The notes below the pieces were generated by a model, which was not told the DNA's origin, made no database searches, and worked only from the letters and a program-made list of their open reading frames with translations. A program made the position numbers and the translations under genes. Source: an uncultured virus (IMG/VR IMGVR_UViG_3300038825_001787) (lineage: Duplodnaviria; Heunggongvirae; Uroviricota; Caudoviricetes). Taken from it: a DNA stretch of 64,000 nt. Shown piece after piece: positions 9,400 through 18,332 of this stretch (position 1 is the first letter of the stretch; every line of letters starts with the position of its first letter). Location: the IMG/VR virus record IMGVR_UViG_3300038825_001787; one strand, written 5' to 3'.

Positions 9400-10095
9400 A
9401 TGGAAGAGGGTCAGGTGTATCACATCAAGTATGGGGCAAATGTCCCTATACAGAAGAGATTTGAGAGCATCGTTAGAATTATAGTCGATATGATAGAAGA
9501 TGGTATGCGTGACCAAGCAGTAAGACAAAAAGCAATACAGATTGTGCAAGCAGCAAATGTTAGAGGACATGATGAAGTCGGAGAAATAAGAGCAATTGTA
9601 AAGTGGGTACAGACACACATGGTCTATCGCAAAGAACCAATTGGCGTGGAGTACTTTCACACGGCAAGAAGGCTACTACGTGACATAGACAATGGGATGT
9701 CTGCCGGTGATTGTGATGATTTCGTTATATTAGGTGGTTCATTATTGGGTTCTCTAGGTTATCCAGTTGGTGCATTAATTGTTGATTCATCTGGCGACGG
9801 TGTTTTCAATCATGTAATGTTAGTTACAAAGACATTCTCACCAAACAGAGAGTTTGGAGACAATTGGATTCCTTGTGAGTTAATTTATCCAGAATTCAAG
9901 TTAGGACAAAGTGTACCTATATCAAAAGTGTACCCATTGATGGCAGATGCAAAAACAATACGGTCACCAATTACACGTAACACAATTAGTGGACTCGGCA
10001 GTGCTAATGTTGTTAGAACACTAAAACCACAAGGAAATAAATTTGGAGATATGCTTGCAAAGCATCCACTAGTCAAACTATTTAATAGGAAGTAA
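9400..10095 (+). CDS. Transglutaminase-like cysteine protease, candidate virion maturation protease
   Basis: WVQTHMVYRKEP.GVE, GDCDDF (catalytic Cys), FNHV (His), WIPCE (acidic residue); first gene of the structural block. Confidence 0.8.
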   Translation: MEEGQVYHIKYGANVPIQKRFESIVRIIVDMIEDGMRDQAVRQKAIQIVQAANVRGHDEVGEIRAIVKWVQTHMVYRKEPIGVEYFHTARRLLRDIDNGMSAGDCDDFVILGGSLLGSLGYPVGALIVDSSGDGVFNHVMLVTKTFSPNREFGDNWIPCELIYPEFKLGQSVPISKVYPLMADAKTIRSPITRNTISGLGSANVVRTLKPQGNKFGDMLAKHPLVKLFNRK

Positions 10096-10099
10096 TTTT

Positions 10100-10282
10100 A
10101 TGCCAATACCCAAAAACGACTCTGCTTACAGGATACTACAAGCACCTCGTTATAATAGAATAAGTGGTTATTCTAACGTCGGTGACATAAGTTGGTCAAG
10201 CAACGAATTTTGGGGAACCCTATTAAGCGGTGCCATAGTGGGAGTAATGGCAGTGACCCTGTTTAACCGATACTACAAATGA
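10100..10282 (+). CDS. Small protein with C-terminal TM helix
   Basis: 60 aa; FWGTLLSGAIVGVMAVTLF followed by basic tail. Confidence 0.7.
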   Translation: MPIPKNDSAYRILQAPRYNRISGYSNVGDISWSSNEFWGTLLSGAIVGVMAVTLFNRYYK

Positions 10283-10293
10283 GATGATTAAGA

Positions 10294-10722
10294 ATGCCAG
10301 CAATGAATATATCCCTACAACGAAGAATAGGAAAACTACCTAAAAGCCCAGACTATTTAGATAATATTAGGCCATCAATATTTGAAAATAGCCATGCAGG
10401 TTATGGTTCGAGAGTACCAACGCCTACACAAAAAGGGTTTTTTGGAATAGGTAAAGCACACAAGACACAGCATTTGGGTAACGAACACGGTGACGGCAAG
10501 ATGACTGCTATATATGGTAATGATGGAACAAGGTCTTTACCAGCACCAGGAATATATGGAATCGGTTCAGCACCAGGTGAAGAAACAATGATGACATCAT
10601 CTATGGACAACAAACCTGCACACTGGAACACACCAGGATTATTCGGTGCTAAGGCATTCGTTTCTCAGAATATCATACCAATAGCACTTGTTGGTGGTAT
10701 GCTTTACTATCTGAGAAAGTGA
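10294..10722 (+). CDS. Gly-rich protein with C-terminal TM anchor (putative virion membrane protein)
   Basis: FFGIG, IYGIG, LFGA motifs; ends IIPIALVGGMLYYLRK. Confidence 0.75.
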   Translation: MPAMNISLQRRIGKLPKSPDYLDNIRPSIFENSHAGYGSRVPTPTQKGFFGIGKAHKTQHLGNEHGDGKMTAIYGNDGTRSLPAPGIYGIGSAPGEETMMTSSMDNKPAHWNTPGLFGAKAFVSQNIIPIALVGGMLYYLRK

Positions 10723-10728
10723 TATGGA

Positions 10729-10812
10729 ATGTTAAACAATAAAAATAGTTGGTTCTTGGTTGGTCTTATTGGGTCAATCTTTGCGCTATCTATAATTGGG
10801 AGAGTGGAATAA
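10729..10812 (+). CDS. 27-aa single-TM microprotein (not in ORF track)
   Basis: MLNNKNSWFLVGLIGSIFALSIIGRVE; its stop overlaps the next ATG (TAATG). Confidence 0.6.
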   Translation: MLNNKNSWFLVGLIGSIFALSIIGRVE

Positions 10813-11678
10813 TGGCTAAAAAAAACTACGGGCCTTACATGGCAGGTGGATTATTACTTGGTGGCCTATATCTTTTAACAAAAAATAATAACTCACTTGG
10901 ACCAACTAATGCAGCAAGACAGTCTGTAGCACAAGACCCATCTTACGCAGGGGTTACACCAGGTTTATTCCATTACATTTCAGAATCAACAGAATGGAAT
11001 GATTACCAAATTGTCCAAACAGCACTATCTCCAGATGTGCCAACAATAATAATTCCCTACACATACAATTCAACAGTTACACACTTGATGGCTCGCGGTA
11101 TGCCACAGAACGTATCAGAAAGCGAAGCAACCAAAATAAGAAACCAAGGATACCCTAGTGTAGTAAATAGATTAGAGAACCTATATAATAGTAGGAATAT
11201 GACTGTAGGAGATAGAAGAGAAATATATGCACATCTATTACCTATCTATAATGTAATGCAAATACCTAACGAACAACGTGTGCCACTACCAGGAGCGACT
11301 GTTTCGACAACCACACCAACAGCAGAGTCAGTGCAAGGCATGGCAATACGCCAAAACATTGCAGGTCATTACGACCCAGGAGTTGGAATAAATGGTAGAC
11401 AATCGACTAACCTTGCAGGTAACAGAAGAACTCGTACAATAAGTGGCATGAAAGCGTGGAGTAAAAATGCAGCAAAACAAATTTACGACCAACGGCAACT
11501 ATCTGCAACAAGGGAAATGACATTAAGAAATATGAAAAGTGGTATGGACATTAACCTCTACGAACCAGTAGACACTTTAGACATCATGTCAGAAACACCT
11601 AAACCAACTATGAATCAGGTAGAAAACGTAGGAAGCGCATTCGTTAAAACGAGAGGCGCTATGCGAAGGCTACTGTGA
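10812..11678 (+). CDS. Putative virion membrane protein with N-terminal TM anchor
   Basis: Start reassigned to ATG 10812 (MAKKNYGPYMAGGLLLGGLYLL) because of the TAATG coupling. Confidence 0.75.
   Translation: MAKKNYGPYMAGGLLLGGLYLLTKNNNSLGPTNAARQSVAQDPSYAGVTPGLFHYISESTEWNDYQIVQTALSPDVPTIIIPYTYNSTVTHLMARGMPQNVSESEATKIRNQGYPSVVNRLENLYNSRNMTVGDRREIYAHLLPIYNVMQIPNEQRVPLPGATVSTTTPTAESVQGMAIRQNIAGHYDPGVGINGRQSTNLAGNRRTRTISGMKAWSKNAAKQIYDQRQLSATREMTLRNMKSGMDINLYEPVDTLDIMSETPKPTMNQVENVGSAFVKTRGAMRRLL
11151..11270. other. TpA-rich island inside CDS
   Basis: taccctagtgtagtaaatagattagagaacctatataatagtagg...ctattacctatctataatg. Confidence 0.6.
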
Positions 11679-11682
11679 TTGA

Positions 11683-14600
11683 ATGACAATGCGACAGCGT
11701 CACCAAAGAACTCGAGATGTATTCGATACGGGTCCATTTGGTGGTTACCGTTCTTTAGGTAATACAGAAGGTATGACACCTTACAATGGGTACTATTACA
11801 CATATGCTGTAAGCACTTGGTCAGTATATGATTCAGAAGGTACGCTTTTGCAAACAGGCGGCGGTCCAAATACAACCAGAAATAGACAAAAAGCCATACA
11901 GTGGATAGATTCTGGAGAACCCCCAACTTACCCGGATAAAGAATTTAATGAGATAGAAAATTATGAACAGAATACTACAACAACGCTACCAAAAGAAGAC
12001 ATTGTTTATGAATCGTTTAGAGATGTATATTATGCTCAAGTGGTAATGGAAGTCATCACTCCAGACGAAGGATATAGTTTAGCATATGAAATGCTTGGGC
12101 ATCGGGCCATGCAGCACGCAAGTTGGCCTACGGCTTACAGACAAGGCATGTCTGATTACGACCCTACTAATTTCTTAGAACAGTTCGAAGCATACGAAAG
12201 AGCAGAAGAACTAGACGCCGCATATAACCCAGGAAAGGCACCAAATCCGTATACAGCCGGAGAGTATCTTGTTCCAAATGTAGGGCAGGCTTTGCTTCCC
12301 GATGAAAAGGTACCAGGAAGTAGTTATCACTACTGGGACGGTAATTTAGATACACACAATTGGGCTTGGCACGGTATTAGTACAAGTATCACAGTAGGTA
12401 AAACTGGAGATACTTCAGACAATACTGAGCCGTACCCCACACCAATATGTGATGCAATCGGTGGTTACGCAATGAGTATCACTCATTACATTGCATCTTA
12501 CAATGAAGAAGGTGGTTTCAATGGATACAGAGTGCTAGCCCAATCAGAATTAGATGGCGGTATACCAGCAGGAATACCCATAGCAACAGTGATGCAGATG
12601 TTCACAAAACCAGCAAAAACTAGAAATGGTAAAGACTTCGGCAAATTTTCATTGGGTGGAGCCCATTTTTATTATGACACAGAGAAGAATCCAATATGGA
12701 GGAAATCTATTGGTATGCCGATGAGTCCGTCATCTTTCTTTTTACTAGAACCAGAACTAGCCACCAAGAACAAGATTAAAAAAATAACTAACACTTTAAT
12801 GAATTCGGACCTTCTCCAAGGAACACACTACATATCTGCAAACGATGCAGAATCAACCAAATCATCTGGCCATAATAGTGTAAAGGGTATATTTACCAAA
12901 GGTCAACTAAGTCGCCAAGATACATTAAACAGAGATTTCGGTGGTCTAGGTTTTGGTTCATATAGAGTAGCAGAAAAGTCCAAACTACCATTTGCCGCCA
13001 GGGTAGAATGGTTGGGAGAAGGTGGTGAGTTTGGTACATATTCAAAACACCCAACAAGCATACCAGATTGTAACGGAGAAGGTAAAACAATGGTAGTTTA
13101 CCGTTTCCCAAGACAACTAGACCCTGTTGCCGATAGAGTAGAACTAGAAAATAATAATAAGAATCAGATGCCAAATTATGACGTGACAACCGCAACAAAA
13201 TATTGTTATCCATACCCTGGAAAAAGCGCAGACAAGAACAGTTACGCATTAATGGGAAGGCTGTTACCAAAGGGGTCATCTGACGATATAGGTTCTGACA
13301 AATTTACCACAGAAATAAACGGTGAAGTATTTGGTGGAAGAAGGTCAATTAAATTCATACCAATGGTAACCCCTTCACTACCACCGTCGAGTAGCCATCG
13401 ACCATATCACGTAGGCGCGGTAGGTTTGGATCAAATAGCGGCTAGTGCCGGTAACACTGCCCAACGAATGTTATTTGACAAAGTAGATCGTTTTTGTTTT
13501 GATACCGCTTCCATGAAAGGTGCAACGATTGCAGTTGCAGACCCGTTAAAGACTGCGTATTTCAATAACTCAATGATTACAAATGCCTACTTTATAGACA
13601 GAGACTTTGATGTTGGAAGCACCGCTTTCGTAATCGGTCAATGTATGTTGTCGTATGAAATGGATTCCGCATCAATAGATACTAAGTTAGGTTTAGTTGA
13701 TGCATCTGAAAGAATGATATTGACAACACGATATAGTAATGCGTTTGGTGGACCAATAAATAGTGGGGACGTTGGACAGCGTTCTGATAAGTTACAACCA
13801 AGAAGCCCAAGAGATGGGACTAACGCTGGTAAGTTTACCGATGATTATTTAATTCCAACCATGACTATGACAACAGAAGACATGGTTAGAAACGAAGAAC
13901 CAATGGGTGCATTAGCAGTTAGAGAGACATTCAAGAAAATATTTGGTTACGAGTTGACACCAGAATGGTTTGGTACATTGAGATTACCTAACCAAGACCC
14001 TAATGATCCTACTAGATATATAGTAGATACTGACTATGGTAAGTTTAGTTATCCCTATAGTATAGTAGGGTTTACTATACCTGGTTATTATAACGGACCT
14101 GTACTAAGATATGGAGAAGATGGAGAGCCACTCGGTGCAACAGATACACACCCAGGTTTTATCGGTAAGAGAAAAGCCTATGTCAATTATCAAAGCCCAT
14201 TTGGTACATTACATCGCCACACTATTAATTTCTCAGAAGAGATAGAAATACAGAACGAAATCATTGATACAGGTGGTTCGGTAACGGACGTATATGAAAA
14301 CCAAACAGATTCAGATAGTGGTGCATTTGGAGAAAAAATAGAAGATGTCACACAGTTAAAAGCAGAAACAATACAATTCGAAGAATGGTTAAGAGGTAGG
14401 TTAATGAACGACTACGGTGATGTGAGATTCACCGATAACGAATATAAGGCTTACTTTAGATTTTGGAATAAAGATTATGTTACAGGGAGAATGTTACTCG
14501 AAGCAGGTTATACAATACCTAATATCAACATGACAGCGTATGAAAACGAAGCAAGAAATCTTGGAATACCAGTTAGTGCTGCAGAACTCGAAGAATCAGA

Positions 14601-15021
14601 ACCAACACAAGTGGGACTTGGGGCATTTACCGACGCATCCGGATTTACAATAACAGACGTTACCGCTAAGTGGGGTGCAATAGGTTCTGCAAGTCCTCGT
14701 TACACAGGAGATGTCGGGATGTCCATGGTACCATACGACGCAGACGTTGTTGGTGAAGAAATGGGTTACATGGCAATGAGTAACTTAGATGGACTAGGAT
14801 ATCCAGGGGAAGGTATAGTTGATTCTGCCTTAAATACTAGCAAAGACTTAGCGATGGAAGGTGCTAAATGGAGTGCTATAGCAGTAGGTGCCCCAATTGG
14901 TATAAGCGCAGGATTGTCAGTAATTATGTTAGCAGGAACAGTATGTGTTGCGATAGGCTCAGCAGCAGCAATAGATCAGTTAACAAAAGTCGTTAGTAAG
15001 AAAAAACAACCTCTAAGTTAA
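11683..15021 (+). CDS. Large putative virion protein with C-terminal TM anchor
   Basis: 1112 aa, Gly/Tyr/Pro-rich; FGGLG, VGLG, LDGLG motifs; hydrophobic C-terminus then KKK. Confidence 0.8.
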   Translation: MTMRQRHQRTRDVFDTGPFGGYRSLGNTEGMTPYNGYYYTYAVSTWSVYDSEGTLLQTGGGPNTTRNRQKAIQWIDSGEPPTYPDKEFNEIENYEQNTTTTLPKEDIVYESFRDVYYAQVVMEVITPDEGYSLAYEMLGHRAMQHASWPTAYRQGMSDYDPTNFLEQFEAYERAEELDAAYNPGKAPNPYTAGEYLVPNVGQALLPDEKVPGSSYHYWDGNLDTHNWAWHGISTSITVGKTGDTSDNTEPYPTPICDAIGGYAMSITHYIASYNEEGGFNGYRVLAQSELDGGIPAGIPIATVMQMFTKPAKTRNGKDFGKFSLGGAHFYYDTEKNPIWRKSIGMPMSPSSFFLLEPELATKNKIKKITNTLMNSDLLQGTHYISANDAESTKSSGHNSVKGIFTKGQLSRQDTLNRDFGGLGFGSYRVAEKSKLPFAARVEWLGEGGEFGTYSKHPTSIPDCNGEGKTMVVYRFPRQLDPVADRVELENNNKNQMPNYDVTTATKYCYPYPGKSADKNSYALMGRLLPKGSSDDIGSDKFTTEINGEVFGGRRSIKFIPMVTPSLPPSSSHRPYHVGAVGLDQIAASAGNTAQRMLFDKVDRFCFDTASMKGATIAVADPLKTAYFNNSMITNAYFIDRDFDVGSTAFVIGQCMLSYEMDSASIDTKLGLVDASERMILTTRYSNAFGGPINSGDVGQRSDKLQPRSPRDGTNAGKFTDDYLIPTMTMTTEDMVRNEEPMGALAVRETFKKIFGYELTPEWFGTLRLPNQDPNDPTRYIVDTDYGKFSYPYSIVGFTIPGYYNGPVLRYGEDGEPLGATDTHPGFIGKRKAYVNYQSPFGTLHRHTINFSEEIEIQNEIIDTGGSVTDVYENQTDSDSGAFGEKIEDVTQLKAETIQFEEWLRGRLMNDYGDVRFTDNEYKAYFRFWNKDYVTGRMLLEAGYTIPNINMTAYENEARNLGIPVSAAELEESEPTQVGLGAFTDASGFTITDVTAKWGAIGSASPRYTGDVGMSMVPYDADVVGEEMGYMAMSNLDGLGYPGEGIVDSALNTSKDLAMEGAKWSAIAVGAPIGISAGLSVIMLAGTVCVAIGSAAAIDQLTKVVSKKKQPLS
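14008..14115. other. TpA-rich island inside CDS
   Basis: cctactagatatatagtagatactgactatgg...ccctatagtatagtagggtttactatacc. Confidence 0.65.
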
Positions 15022-15060
15022 GCAACACACTCTTAACAAACCACCTAGTGCGGATAGACG

Positions 15061-16329
15061 ATGGTAGTCAGTCCCGACTTTGCTGATGGAGTTATTTATG
15101 ACTTCAAGGAGAAGTCTAAAGAAATTATCGATGCATATTCACTAAGTCACTTAAGAGGAACAGCCGCAATGGATCCGGTGTCTAGGCTAGGTGAAGAATT
15201 CATAAAATTAGCACAAGGTAGCACAACAAGCCAAACAATGACTGAATCAATGTTAGAGTCAGAAAAAAGATTGTACTTGAGAACAATTGAGCAAAAAGTG
15301 CTGGAAGTGTCCAGAAACCAAAGTGCTACCTTAAACGGAATTGCATCAGCACACGCTAAACAAGCACCAATTAAAGATGCTAATTGGGATAGGACAATCA
15401 CATCTGTTGCTAGGGAAGTAGACAGAATAGCAATGAAAAATGCCGACTTGGTAAATATGTTACCCAAAGAACAACAGCAAGTTATGGATGGTATGTTTTC
15501 AACCGTTGTTGACCAAGTTAGATTCAAACACAGCAGAGACCCATCTGCAGAAAGTTCTATGCTAGCAGAAAAGGCAGCATTGAAAGAATTACGCAAAGTA
15601 GAGTCACACTTGGAAAAAGTTAGCAAAAACACATTAAAAGCAAAGCAAGATATGATTTACAATGATTTTAATGAGCAACTAAGACGTTACATGGCATCTT
15701 TTGCACAACTTCGCAAAGCAATGAAGCCCCAAGAAGTAAAGGCAACAAATGCACACATCTCTTCAATCAAAGCAATGATAAGAGAAATCAAAACCAACAG
15801 AAGATTGGTTAGTGACGAAGAGTTGCTGAAAGCACATATTGGTGCATTACAAGATCAGTTTAGAATACTAAATGATATGGAAGGTAGTGTTAGTGAAACA
15901 GTTTCTGCTGTTGCAGGCATATTTGGTTCAACACATAGAAGAACCAACAAAACACATTTTGCATTAGATGGTTTTGGTGCAATGGTCTCAGCCCAGGAGA
16001 TTGCCAACAAACACCCAGAAAGAACAAATCCAGCACACATTCGTTCAATGCAGTATTTTATGAATCAAGGGCAAACATTTGAAGAAGCACACGAGTCAGC
16101 AATAGCATATGGGTTCGAACCCGATGGTGGAGTAATGGCAATGGATTTAGACCGCAGAGTAAATTATCTCGGACAAGTACCAGTCACCGATGCAACAGCA
16201 GCATCTCATACAATTAAAGAAAACTCTGATTTTGTTAAGGGATTGACGTCTGGTGGCACGCTTTTGGGTTTAGGAACTGTCCTTGCTATAGGAAGTGTAG
16301 TCGGATTAGTAGTAATATCAAGTAGGTGA
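15061..16329 (+). CDS. Coiled-coil protein with C-terminal TM anchor
   Basis: 422 aa, helical/charged; LDGFG and YLG motifs; hydrophobic C-terminus; TTAACA 28 nt upstream. Confidence 0.8.
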   Translation: MVVSPDFADGVIYDFKEKSKEIIDAYSLSHLRGTAAMDPVSRLGEEFIKLAQGSTTSQTMTESMLESEKRLYLRTIEQKVLEVSRNQSATLNGIASAHAKQAPIKDANWDRTITSVAREVDRIAMKNADLVNMLPKEQQQVMDGMFSTVVDQVRFKHSRDPSAESSMLAEKAALKELRKVESHLEKVSKNTLKAKQDMIYNDFNEQLRRYMASFAQLRKAMKPQEVKATNAHISSIKAMIREIKTNRRLVSDEELLKAHIGALQDQFRILNDMEGSVSETVSAVAGIFGSTHRRTNKTHFALDGFGAMVSAQEIANKHPERTNPAHIRSMQYFMNQGQTFEEAHESAIAYGFEPDGGVMAMDLDRRVNYLGQVPVTDATAASHTIKENSDFVKGLTSGGTLLGLGTVLAIGSVVGLVVISSR

Positions 16330-18332
16330 ACAAAATGAATTTTATAAGAAATAATGGTGAAGTAGTAGAAGTTAATGACAGAGATGTCCAAACTCTTGAA
16401 AAGGGAAACGGCTACACACTTTATGGGGCAAGACACAATCCAAGTGGTGAACAGATGGTAGGCGTAGTATATGACGGTAGCAATATAGCAAAACAAGAAG
16501 CAGAATATGCTGACAACGATATAGGTGAAGCATACGACCCAAATGACACCATAACGGCAAATCCACCAAAAACCAAAGTAATAAGTTGGAAAAATCTTAG
16601 ACTCCAAAGTGCAATATCCGGTGAGAAAGCAGTCAGAAAGGGTGTAACTGGTATAGACATTGGAGGCAGTACGGCATCACTAGCAAGAAAACTAGGAAGT
16701 TTCATTGCGTCAGGACAAGTTTCTACAGGGGTTTCAATCAGAGACGATCCGTTATTGTTTGTTACTACCGCAGAAAATTGGTATAGTTACATTAAAAATA
16801 TGAATACAGTTGATATTGGCGCAGAGTTTGCTGCCGGTGTTTCGCACGCACAAAGATCTTCAAATGCATTATTCGCTCACGAGTGGGAAAGTGACCCAGG
16901 TCATCACAACTTGATGAGTCGTTTACTACCAGGAGTTGATACACAAGATGCAATTGCAAAGGGGCAAATTGCTTACGATATATTGACAAGAGGTCGAGAA
17001 ATACTTTCACAACAAGGATACGGTGCTACACAACAAGAAGTTATGCACAGACTTGTTTTCGACATACTGCGCTCAATGCCAGTAAAGCAATACAACTATT
17101 ACACACTCTATCAACTACATCCAGATGAAGGAAACGAAGTGTACGCAGAATTCAAAAGCAGATACATTCCTTTGGAAACAGCAGAAGTAGAAATGGTTTT
17201 AGAAATGCAGAGAGCGTTAGAATCAGAAGGTGATGCATATGCTTTTAGAACCACAACAAACGAACAAACCGGAATACTTTCTTCCAAGTTGATGAGAGCA
17301 GCAGTTGCTGATTACTCAGTGGGTGACACAGTGAATGTTAGAACCTTGTTGATGACACTACAAGCACCACCATATAACTACAGACCAAGAGCAGTCGATA
17401 TAGCAATGGCATCAGGTCAAAGTGGTGCAGCAGTGGCTAGTGGTACAACGTTTTTGGAATTTAATGTACAAAACAAATCAGCAGTTGACCTAGTTGTAAA
17501 TGCTGGTTCTGGTAGAAAATTAAGTAATGAAAAAATCGGCGCCTATGCACTAAATATAGATCCTCAGCATTTAGATAGGAATAATAATTTAAGAATAAGT
17601 AAAGCCCATGCTGATAATTACGAAACCATATTAATCGCTACAAGTCAATACAATACCGCACCAAAGTTCGTCGCAGTGAGAGTTGGTGGTGGCGGTAATA
17701 ATAATAAAGGTGGTAAATTCAAGATAATTGCGTACAATGAAGAGTATCTAAGACTTGGTGGTAACGACAGACCAGACCAAAGAGCAAGAGGAATTAGAAG
17801 AGGTCTTGGCAAACAAAATCCTGCCAAGAAAGCAAAGAAGAATCCAAGCGGTAAAGGCAGAGGAAACTTTCACTTTGTTCAACTATGGCCAACAACACAA
17901 TTAGATATTAAGAAAAGAGAACCAGTCGGTGGAATGGCAGGTGGTACTAGACATGGCACAGGCAAGTCAAAGAAAGGCCAAGGATATTGGACCAGAGGTC
18001 TAAACAAAGCAACCAAAGATATGCAAAACAAACAACTACTGATGATGGGAACACACAAGAAAACAGGCGAAGAAGCACCTTACAGAATTAAATTCCCAGT
18101 CTCTTTGTTCAAAATTGTTAACCATCCAACAGCAGGATACAAAACACTAATGCCCAAGAAAGATTTACAAAACAAGAAATTCATCGCAGCATACCAAGAT
18201 TTCATAAATCATTATGGATTACCAAAACACGCACCTTCGAAAGATACTTATAACCGATTTATTATACCGAAGTCAGAAAGAGCAAAGAGTCCTTACTACA
18301 TAGATATGCGTAAAAAAAGCGGTAAAAAGTGA
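16326..18332 (+). CDS. Multidomain hypothetical protein with Asn-Pro delimiters and basic C-terminal domain
   Basis: 668 aa; RHNPS, TANPP, KQNPAKKAKKNPSG. Confidence 0.8.
   Translation: MNKMNFIRNNGEVVEVNDRDVQTLEKGNGYTLYGARHNPSGEQMVGVVYDGSNIAKQEAEYADNDIGEAYDPNDTITANPPKTKVISWKNLRLQSAISGEKAVRKGVTGIDIGGSTASLARKLGSFIASGQVSTGVSIRDDPLLFVTTAENWYSYIKNMNTVDIGAEFAAGVSHAQRSSNALFAHEWESDPGHHNLMSRLLPGVDTQDAIAKGQIAYDILTRGREILSQQGYGATQQEVMHRLVFDILRSMPVKQYNYYTLYQLHPDEGNEVYAEFKSRYIPLETAEVEMVLEMQRALESEGDAYAFRTTTNEQTGILSSKLMRAAVADYSVGDTVNVRTLLMTLQAPPYNYRPRAVDIAMASGQSGAAVASGTTFLEFNVQNKSAVDLVVNAGSGRKLSNEKIGAYALNIDPQHLDRNNNLRISKAHADNYETILIATSQYNTAPKFVAVRVGGGGNNNKGGKFKIIAYNEEYLRLGGNDRPDQRARGIRRGLGKQNPAKKAKKNPSGKGRGNFHFVQLWPTTQLDIKKREPVGGMAGGTRHGTGKSKKGQGYWTRGLNKATKDMQNKQLLMMGTHKKTGEEAPYRIKFPVSLFKIVNHPTAGYKTLMPKKDLQNKKFIAAYQDFINHYGLPKHAPSKDTYNRFIIPKSERAKSPYYIDMRKKSGKK

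Noticed and set aside
10749..10811. ORF-track N-terminal extension of the 309-aa gene
   Set aside because: Better explained by a separate 27-aa TM ORF coupled to ATG 10812
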